This document shows positions 57,588 through 64,000 of a DNA stretch of 64,000 nucleotides, piece by piece. The stretch is taken from NCBI GenBank assembly GCA_002762985.1, contig PCXZ01000030.1, positions 80,399 through 144,398 of the forward strand, read 5' to 3'. Source of the DNA: Candidatus Woesearchaeota archaeon CG10_big_fil_rev_8_21_14_0_10_44_13. Lineage in GTDB: Archaea > Nanobdellota > Nanobdellia > Woesearchaeales > UBA12501. Below the pieces are notes generated by a model. That model did no database searches. It was given only the letters and a program-made list of their open reading frames with translations, and was not told where the DNA came from. Every line of letters begins with the position of its first letter. Position 1 is the first letter of the stretch. Both the position numbers and the translations under genes were made by a program.

Positions 57588-60494
57588 ATGATAATTTACA
57601 AAGAGAAGCAGGACAGCGAAGAGAAATTGCTGAATATACTGAACCCTACAGTCAGGAAGTGGTTCTTCAGCAGGTTCAAGGAATTCTCACTCCCTCAGCT
57701 TTTCGGCGTGACAGAGATACATTCCAGGAAGAATATACTTGTGTCTGCCCCTACTGGAGCTACAAAGACGCTGACTGCATTCCTCTCTGTGCTTAACGAG
57801 CTTGTCGATTCTGCTGAAAAAGGCATATTGGAGAACAAGATCTACTGCGTTTATATTTCTCCACTCAAGGCGCTGAACAATGACATAGAAAAAAATCTTG
57901 TAGAGCCATTGAAGCAGATTGAGGATATCGCCGGCAAAAAACTCGGCATAAGGGTCGCTGTAAGGACAGGAGACACTACAACGACCGAGAAATCCGCGAT
58001 GCTGAGAAATCCGCCGCACATATTGATAACGACGCCTGAAAGCCTTGCCATAATCCTGGCCTCAATAAAGTTCGTCGATCATCTGAAGGCAGTCGACTGG
58101 GTGATAATAGATGAGATACATGCGCTTGCAGAGAACAAGAGGGGGGTGCATCTTTCATTGAGCGTCGAAAGGCTGCAGAGGCTCAGCAGGTACACTGCAA
58201 GAGTGGGGCTTAGCGCCACTATCGCCCCATTGGAAGAGATAGCCAAATTCCTTGTCGGGTCTGAAACAAGAGACAAGGATAGAGGGGACAAGGAGAGAGA
58301 CTGCATAATCGTTGATGTCCAGTTCCTGAAGAAGATGGACCTCAAGGTGCTGAGCCCTGTCCCGAACCTGATAGAGACCGAGCACAACATAATGCACAAT
58401 GAGATGTATGTGCTGATGGACAGGCTCATACAGGAGCACAAGACTACATTGATATTCACGAACACGAGGTCTGCGACAGAACGTGTTGTACATCATCTCA
58501 AGGAGAAATTCCCTAAGAATTACACTGAGAACATCGGGGCCCATCATGGGAGCCTGAGCAAAGAGCTGAGGTTTGAGATAGAAGAAAAGCTTAGGAAAGG
58601 TGAACTTAAGGTCGTTGTGAGCTCGACAAGCCTTGAATTGGGGATTGATATAGGCTATATAGACCTGGTCATCCTCCTTGGCAGCCCGAAAAGCGTTGCG
58701 AGGGCCCTGCAGAGGATAGGCAGGAGCGGCCACAGGCTGCATGAGACCACAAAAGGCAGGATCATAGTCCTTGACAGGGATGACCTTGTCGAATGCTCTG
58801 TCCTCCTCAAGGCGGCAATCGAGAAGAAGATAGACAAGATCCACATCCCTAAGAACTCCCTTGATGTCCTTGCACAGCACGTCCATGGGATTGCGCTCGA
58901 AGGGCAGATACATTTTGATGAGATGTTCGATATCGTCAGAGGCTCATACTGCTATGAAAACCTGAAAAGATCCGAGCTGAAGGAGATCGTCGAATATCTT
59001 GCAGGCAAATTCATCTCGCTTGAGGACAGGAACATCTACGCAAAGATATGGTATGATGAAAAGACAGGCATGATGGGCAAAAGAGGGAGATTGAGCAGGG
59101 TCATACACATGACGAACATCGGCACGATACCTGATGAGACTGGAGTCAAAGTAAAGCTCGGTGACAGGATAATAGGTGTCATAGAGGAGGCTTTCCTGGA
59201 AAGGCTCAGCAGAGGGGACATCTTTGTCCTGGGCGGTGAAGTCTATGAATTCCTTCATGCGAGAGGGATGTCCATACAGGTGAGGGCATCGCCGCAGAGG
59301 CCCCCCAATGTCCCATCATGGTTCTCTGAGATGCTTCCATTGAGCTTTGACCTCGCATTGGAGATAGGGAGATTCAGGAGGCTGTTGGGGGAGAAGATAG
59401 AGGCAGGGAAGACAAAAGATGCGGCCATAGAGTTCATACTGTCCTACCTTTATGTTGATCAAAATGGCGCAAACTCCATCTATGAATATTTCAGGGAACA
59501 GTTCGATTATGTCGCAGAGATCCCTGAGGATAAGAAGATACTTATAGAGAATTACAGGGATGAGGGGGGGAGGAACAATGCGGTCTTCCATACCTTGTAT
59601 GGCCGGAGGGTTAATGACTGCCTCAGCAGGGCTGTTGCTTTTGCAATAGGGAGGACCCAGCATAAGGATGTCGAGCTCGGCATAAGCGACAATGGCTTCT
59701 ATGTGGCGTCTGCTTCCAAGATAAACGCCCTTGCGGCATTCAGGCTCCTGAAAGCCAAGGATTTCGACAAGGTGCTCTCGAATGCTATAGAGAAGACAGA
59801 GATCCTCAAGAGAAGGTTCAGACACTGCGCAACAAGGGCATTGATGATATTGAGGAGCTATGGGGGGAGGACAAAGAACGTCGGAAGGCAGCAGGTAAGT
59901 TCCATGATACTGATGAATACTGTGAAAAGGATAAACCCTGATTTTTTCATAATCAAGGAGGCCAAGAGGGAAGTCCTTGAGGACCTCATGGATATAGAGA
60001 ATGCAAAGAGGATACTGACAAGGGTTGAGAATGAGGACATAGCGATAAAAGAGATAGTGACTGTGATACCTAGCCCTTTCGCCTTCAGCCTGGTCCTGCA
60101 AGGCAAAGTCGATGTGATGAGGATAGAGGACAAAGTCGAGTTCCTGAGGAGGATGCATAAGAATGTCCTTGCAAAGATCTCCCTGAAGCAGGGTAAAAAG
60201 CTGTCAGCCAAAGAGGAGAAGGAGATCGATTATGAGGAAGTATGGAAAAATGCTGAAGAGAGGAAGCTCACGAAGGAAGAGGAAGAGAAGAAAGAGCTTA
60301 AGATCATGGTGTGGAACCTGAAAAGAGCCCCTTTATTTGCAAAACAGGAGATCATTGACATAATCGACGGCAAAAAAGAGACGGACATAAGCGAGGAATT
60401 CATATCTGCATTGAGGAAATACAGGAAAGAGATCGAGAAGACCTGGCCAAAGGAGCTCAGGAAGCTCGTTTTTGACAGGGTAAGATTAAGCTGA
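57588..60494 (+). CDS. lhr: Lhr-like ATP-dependent SF2 helicase
   Basis: APTGATKT, SPLKAL, RTGDT, TTPESL, DEIH, SAT, HHGSLS, LELGIDIG, QRIGRSGH. Confidence 0.92.
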   Translation: MIIYKEKQDSEEKLLNILNPTVRKWFFSRFKEFSLPQLFGVTEIHSRKNILVSAPTGATKTLTAFLSVLNELVDSAEKGILENKIYCVYISPLKALNNDIEKNLVEPLKQIEDIAGKKLGIRVAVRTGDTTTTEKSAMLRNPPHILITTPESLAIILASIKFVDHLKAVDWVIIDEIHALAENKRGVHLSLSVERLQRLSRYTARVGLSATIAPLEEIAKFLVGSETRDKDRGDKERDCIIVDVQFLKKMDLKVLSPVPNLIETEHNIMHNEMYVLMDRLIQEHKTTLIFTNTRSATERVVHHLKEKFPKNYTENIGAHHGSLSKELRFEIEEKLRKGELKVVVSSTSLELGIDIGYIDLVILLGSPKSVARALQRIGRSGHRLHETTKGRIIVLDRDDLVECSVLLKAAIEKKIDKIHIPKNSLDVLAQHVHGIALEGQIHFDEMFDIVRGSYCYENLKRSELKEIVEYLAGKFISLEDRNIYAKIWYDEKTGMMGKRGRLSRVIHMTNIGTIPDETGVKVKLGDRIIGVIEEAFLERLSRGDIFVLGGEVYEFLHARGMSIQVRASPQRPPNVPSWFSEMLPLSFDLALEIGRFRRLLGEKIEAGKTKDAAIEFILSYLYVDQNGANSIYEYFREQFDYVAEIPEDKKILIENYRDEGGRNNAVFHTLYGRRVNDCLSRAVAFAIGRTQHKDVELGISDNGFYVASASKINALAAFRLLKAKDFDKVLSNAIEKTEILKRRFRHCATRALMILRSYGGRTKNVGRQQVSSMILMNTVKRINPDFFIIKEAKREVLEDLMDIENAKRILTRVENEDIAIKEIVTVIPSPFAFSLVLQGKVDVMRIEDKVEFLRRMHKNVLAKISLKQGKKLSAKEEKEIDYEEVWKNAEERKLTKEEEEKKELKIMVWNLKRAPLFAKQEIIDIIDGKKETDISEEFISALRKYRKEIEKTWPKELRKLVFDRVRLS

Positions 60495-60537
60495 AAAACA
60501 AAAAAATATTTAAATCAGCAGCAGGGGTTGTAGGGTT

Positions 60538-61065
60538 ATGGGGGGAAAGATAGTCGTTGTTGACGAGAAGGATAACTTCCTGAGGGAAGAGGAAAAATCG
60601 AGATGCCATGAGGGAGAAGGGATGCTCCATAGGGCATTCTCTGCGTTCATATTCAATGATAAGAACGAGCTTCTTATCCAGAAGAGGAGCAGGTTCAAGG
60701 TATTATGGCCCATGCACTGGAGCAATAGCTGCTGCAGCCACCCAATAAAAGGCGAAACCTATGAAGGGGCGGCAGAAAGGAGGATAAGAGAGGAGCTCGG
60801 CATCAGCTGCAAGATGAGGCTGCTTTTCAAATTCCAGTACAGCGCAAAATATGGCGATATCGGCTCTGAGAATGAGCTTTGCGCTGTCCTCGCAGGGAGA
60901 TGCGGCAGTAAAATAAAGATTGGCCCTGACCCAAAGGAGATAGCAGAATTCAAATTTGTTGATGTCAAAGAACTGAAAAAGGACATTGAAAAAAATCCTG
61001 ATGTATACACTCCATGGTTCAAGATGGAGCTTGGAAGGGTATTGAAAGAGATGATGATGGGATAG
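60538..61065 (+). CDS. idi: Isopentenyl-diphosphate delta-isomerase type 1
   Basis: LHRAFS, QKRS..K..WP..W.NSCCSHP, RREELG, E.ELC, YTPWF. Confidence 0.92.
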   Translation: MGGKIVVVDEKDNFLREEEKSRCHEGEGMLHRAFSAFIFNDKNELLIQKRSRFKVLWPMHWSNSCCSHPIKGETYEGAAERRIREELGISCKMRLLFKFQYSAKYGDIGSENELCAVLAGRCGSKIKIGPDPKEIAEFKFVDVKELKKDIEKNPDVYTPWFKMELGRVLKEMMMG

Positions 61066-61078
61066 AGAATATGCGAAG

Positions 61079-61930
61079 GTGGTCAAAATCGAAGTGATGC
61101 TTGCTGAACATATGGGTATGTGCAATGGGATGAGGAAGGCAGTGAAACTTGCTGAAGAGACGGCTGAAATGTACAGAGGCAACGGCGGGGTCTATATGCT
61201 CGGCCCGATCGCCCATAACCCCCATGTCATGGCCTATTTCAAGGAGAAAGGAGTGGTGAAAGTTGATTCTATCGACGAGATAAGGGCAGAAGCAGGGACA
61301 GTGATAATAAGGGCGCATGGCGTTCCTGACAGCGTCAAGAAGAGTGCTGCAGAAAGGGGGATGAATGTAGTTGATGCTACATGCAATCTTGTCCTTAGAT
61401 CGAAAGATATCGCAAAGATGCTTGAAAATGAGAAATACAAAGTTGTTATCTATGGCGAAAAAAAACATCCTGAGATAATTGGCATAGCAGGGAATCTTGC
61501 TGACCCATTGATTATTGAAGATCTTGACCAGGCAAGAAGCCTCAGTTTATACAAAACAATGGGCCTGATAGCACAGACTACAAGCATGCCTGAAAAATAT
61601 GCTGAGATACAGAAAGAGCTCAGGGCCCATTGTGAATGCCTCAGGATTGAGGATACGATATGCATGGCGACGCAGAACAGGCAGGACTCAGGAAGAAAAA
61701 CAGCCGAAAGGGCAGAATTGATGCTTGTCGTAGGCGATGCAAGCTCATCAAACAGCATGAACTTACTCAAGGCATGCAAGGAGGTCAATGAGTATACTTT
61801 CATGGTCAGCGATGCATCTGGCCTGAAGCCAAACTATTTCAAGGGGATAAAGAAGATCGGCCTTACTGCGAGCGCATCTTCTCCTGAATGGGTCATAAAT
61901 GGCATCGTCAATGCATTAAGGGGCATGTAG
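61079..61930 (+). CDS. ispH: 4-hydroxy-3-methylbut-2-enyl diphosphate reductase (IspH/LytB)
   Basis: GMCNG, HNP, IRAHG, DATC, HPE, QTT, TIC.AT..RQ, SSNS, ASSP; all three Fe-S Cys present. Confidence 0.9.
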   Translation: MVKIEVMLAEHMGMCNGMRKAVKLAEETAEMYRGNGGVYMLGPIAHNPHVMAYFKEKGVVKVDSIDEIRAEAGTVIIRAHGVPDSVKKSAAERGMNVVDATCNLVLRSKDIAKMLENEKYKVVIYGEKKHPEIIGIAGNLADPLIIEDLDQARSLSLYKTMGLIAQTTSMPEKYAEIQKELRAHCECLRIEDTICMATQNRQDSGRKTAERAELMLVVGDASSSNSMNLLKACKEVNEYTFMVSDASGLKPNYFKGIKKIGLTASASSPEWVINGIVNALRGM

Positions 61931-61989
61931 CAGAAAGGAGTTTAGCAATGCCCAATATATTTTTATAACCTTCTTCTTATCTTTTACAA

Positions 61990-62727
61990 ATGGATATATC
62001 AAAGAATATCAAAATAGTCGATTTGGGGCTGAAGATAGGCAAAACCCTCATCCTGGCAGACCTCCATATAGGCTATGAAGAGGCATTGAACAAGCAGGGA
62101 CTGATGGTGCCCAGATTTCAGTTCAAAGACCTTCAGGAAAGGCTTGAGAAAATCCTGAAAAAAGCAAATCCTGACGTGATTGTCGTGAACGGCGACATAA
62201 AGCATGAGTTCGGCAGGATCTCAGGGCAGGAATGGAGGGAAACACTGAAGATACTGGATCTTCTGGCTAGGAATTCAAAGAGGGTTATACTTGTCAGGGG
62301 CAATCATGATAAAAAACTCGGGCCGATAGCGAAGAAGAGGGATATTGAGGTAGTTGATGAGTATGAGATTGGGGGAGATGATATAAAAGGAAGGGAGGGT
62401 AAGATCCTTGTCGTCCATGGCGACAAAGAGACAAGGCTGCCGAAAAACACAAGAACGATAATCATCGGCCACGAGCATCCTGCTGTCTCGATAAGAGAAG
62501 GGCAGAGAACAGAGACATTCAAGTGCTTTCTGAAGGGAAAATACAGAGGCAAAGAGCTTATTGTAATGCCGTCGTGCAACCTCGTGACAGAGGGCAGCGA
62601 TATCACAAAAGAGGGTGTTCTGAGCCCGTTCCTGAAGCAGAGACTTGATGATTTCGAGGTTTTTGTGGTAGAAGATGCTGAGAGTGATAAGATATACCGG
62701 TTTGGAAAGCTGAAGAATATAAGATAG
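61990..62727 (+). CDS. Metallophosphoesterase (Lhr-associated MPE type)
   Basis: ADLHIG, NGDIKH, GNHD, HGD, GHEHP. Confidence 0.88.
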   Translation: MDISKNIKIVDLGLKIGKTLILADLHIGYEEALNKQGLMVPRFQFKDLQERLEKILKKANPDVIVVNGDIKHEFGRISGQEWRETLKILDLLARNSKRVILVRGNHDKKLGPIAKKRDIEVVDEYEIGGDDIKGREGKILVVHGDKETRLPKNTRTIIIGHEHPAVSIREGQRTETFKCFLKGKYRGKELIVMPSCNLVTEGSDITKEGVLSPFLKQRLDDFEVFVVEDAESDKIYRFGKLKNIR

Positions 62728-62772
62728 AAATCAGAGAGAATCTAAACAGAATCCTTAAGTCAGATCAACAAA

Positions 62773-63147
62773 TCATTTCAAGGCCACGCACTTGTCCCCT
62801 CTGTAAAGGCACCCCGTCACACCATATTCAGCCCTGCAGTTCATACCGCAAGTCACTTTCCTTGCTGTCAAAGGGACATTCTTTACCTGATAGCAATTGC
62901 AGTCGCAGGGGCTTAGGAAGCAGTTTGGATCGCCGGAAGGTGTTATCTCTTTGGATTTCAGATCATCCACATTGACATTCTCCAATGGCTGTGTCTGGGG
63001 CTTGTATTCCTCCTGGGCCTGTGTTGAAGGGTCTGCTGTTGTCTTGATCTCCTGTTTTCCGGAGCAGCCTGCTAAAGAGAACGCGATAAGGCATATCAGG
63101 CTTAATGCCATTGCCATTAAGATTGTTCTTTTTTTCATTTTTTCCAT
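62773..63147 (-). CDS. Putative lipoprotein with Cys-rich C-terminal domain
   Basis: Signal peptide ending in a LAGC lipobox; C...PCDCNC...C...C...C...C. Confidence 0.65.
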   Translation of the reverse strand: MEKMKKRTILMAMALSLICLIAFSLAGCSGKQEIKTTADPSTQAQEEYKPQTQPLENVNVDDLKSKEITPSGDPNCFLSPCDCNCYQVKNVPLTARKVTCGMNCRAEYGVTGCLYRGDKCVALK

Positions 63148-63182
63148 ATAAGCCTCAAAACCATGTCTGTTTAAATTTTTTG

Positions 63183-63368
63183 CTATTTTTTATGTTTTTC
63201 TTTGTTTGCCATGCTCTTCCTTAATCTCGGCAGTACAAAATAGGCCAAAATCGCAGCGATTACTATCACGCTCCAGAAAAAGGCCTCGTTTACAAGTTTC
63301 AGTGCAAAAAGAACAAGATTAGCTATAAGGAGAGCTACAAGCAGGATGGCAATTGCCTTCAGGTTCAT
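63183..63368 (-). CDS. Small 2-TM membrane protein
   Basis: Two hydrophobic helices and a basic tail; ATGA-coupled to the upstream ORF. Confidence 0.6.
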   Translation of the reverse strand: MNLKAIAILLVALLIANLVLFALKLVNEAFFWSVIVIAAILAYFVLPRLRKSMANKEKHKK

Positions 63369-63514
63369 TTAGCTTTTCCTACTATCCTGCATACTTTAGT
63401 TCCGCATTTGGGGCAGACACCTCTTATGCATTTGAGGTTGTTCTTCAAGACCGCTTCTTTTGGGTCTTTTATATCAACCTGTTTTCTGCACCTCATGCAT
63501 CTTGCTTGTGGCAT
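63365..63514 (-). CDS. 49-aa Zn-ribbon protein (DUF5679-like)
   Basis: Hand translation MPQARCMRCRKQVDIKDPKEAVLKNNLKCIRGVCPKCGTKVCRIVGKAK; SD GAGGTG; absent from the supplied ORF track. Confidence 0.75.
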   Translation of the reverse strand: MPQARCMRCRKQVDIKDPKEAVLKNNLKCIRGVCPKCGTKVCRIVGKAK

Positions 63515-63719
63515 TTAGGCACCTCTGTTTTAAAGATTTATCCTATTTATCGTGTTTATGAGGGAGATATAGCTACTTTAGTATATAAATATATTGTATA
63601 AAAACTAAAAAATCATATATGGGCAATATATGAAAATAAGTTATATATGAAAATAATTAAAGATCCTGAAAAAATGAAGAAAATTGAAAATAACACAGAA
63701 GATCGTCTGATTGAAGGAC

Positions 63720-63944
63720 TCATCTCTGGAATATGCCTGCAAACCTGTTCTTCTTCTGCTCCGCTTCCGCATCCTTCCTTATCTGGTCCAGTTGAATCCT
63801 CTGCACATACTCGCCTACCTGGCCTGAGCAATCCGTGCAGTATGCTTTTTTTCCGTTTGTCTTGGCTATGCATTCCCTGCACAAGAGCTTTCCGCACCAT
63901 TGGCATGTCGCTATCGACTGCTTCTGGTGCTTGCTGCATTTCAT
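63720..63944 (-). CDS. B-box-type zinc-finger small protein
   Basis: MKCSKH...CQWCGK.LC.EC...YCTDC. Confidence 0.7.
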   Translation of the reverse strand: MKCSKHQKQSIATCQWCGKLLCRECIAKTNGKKAYCTDCSGQVGEYVQRIQLDQIRKDAEAEQKKNRFAGIFQR

Positions 63945-63945
63945 T

Positions 63946-63999
63946 TTATTCGTTCTCCACCCTTGGAGCCAGTATGAAGCTCAGGCTCACCTTGTCAAG
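63946..63999 (-). CDS. pcn: PCNA sliding clamp, C-terminal end (gene continues beyond the window)
   Basis: Translates as LDKVSLSFILAPRVENE*, matching the PCNA terminal L.F.LAPR motif; only 17 codons visible. Confidence 0.65.
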   Translation of the reverse strand, partial: LDKVSLSFILAPRVENE

Positions 64000-64000
64000 G

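Noticed and set aside
59316-60158. Long antisense ORFs over lhr (also 58155-58913; similar ones over nrdJ, ugd and the dehydrogenase)
   Set aside because: Shadow ORFs opposite well-supported genes, with no motifs
53924-60494. Inteins or introns in nrdJ or lhr
   Set aside because: Lengths and motif spacing are normal; no intein C/S...HN or LAGLIDADG signatures
63365-63514. Ribosomal protein L40e
   Set aside because: Cys spacing (CxxC-x24-CxxC) and lack of the basic LR.K C-terminus do not fit; DUF5679-like is a better match

Overview
Archaeal genomic window, most likely DPANN/Woesearchaeota-like. This is inferred from a PCNA C-terminus at the right edge, a TrmB regulator, TATA/BRE promoters, DUF35, an archaeal Ogg and several GT-C membrane glycosyltransferases. 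About 1-43 kb is a large surface-glycan biosynthesis island. It holds GT2/GT4/GT-C enzymes, flippases, a CDP-3,6-dideoxyhexose path (rfbF/G/H), a nonulosonic-acid path (NeuA/NeuB), UDP-GlcA/UDP-xylose enzymes, amido-, carbamoyl- and acyl-transferases, and an embedded thiolase plus DUF35::3-hydroxyacyl-CoA-dehydrogenase module. About 43-64 kb is housekeeping and DNA metabolism: PRC-barrel, TrmB, Nth, Ogg, an nrdR-nrdJ-cobA-kinase-dCMP deaminase operon preceded by tandem NrdR boxes, Lhr helicase, idi, ispH and a metallophosphoesterase. The most notable observations are: the DUF35-dehydrogenase fusion module in the glycan island; two short inverted-repeat insertions whose flanking duplications contain a start codon; an unexplained multi-hairpin element; a bacterial-type NrdR operator over an archaeal TATA promoter; a CobA with a Cys-rich insert; an unannotated 15-aa ORF (MGCCCCEKPKKKKKK) with a perfect SD; a pore-less voltage-sensor-like protein; and IspH in an archaeon. 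No rRNA, tRNA or CRISPR array was recognised. All family assignments are from motif recognition by eye, with no database searches run.
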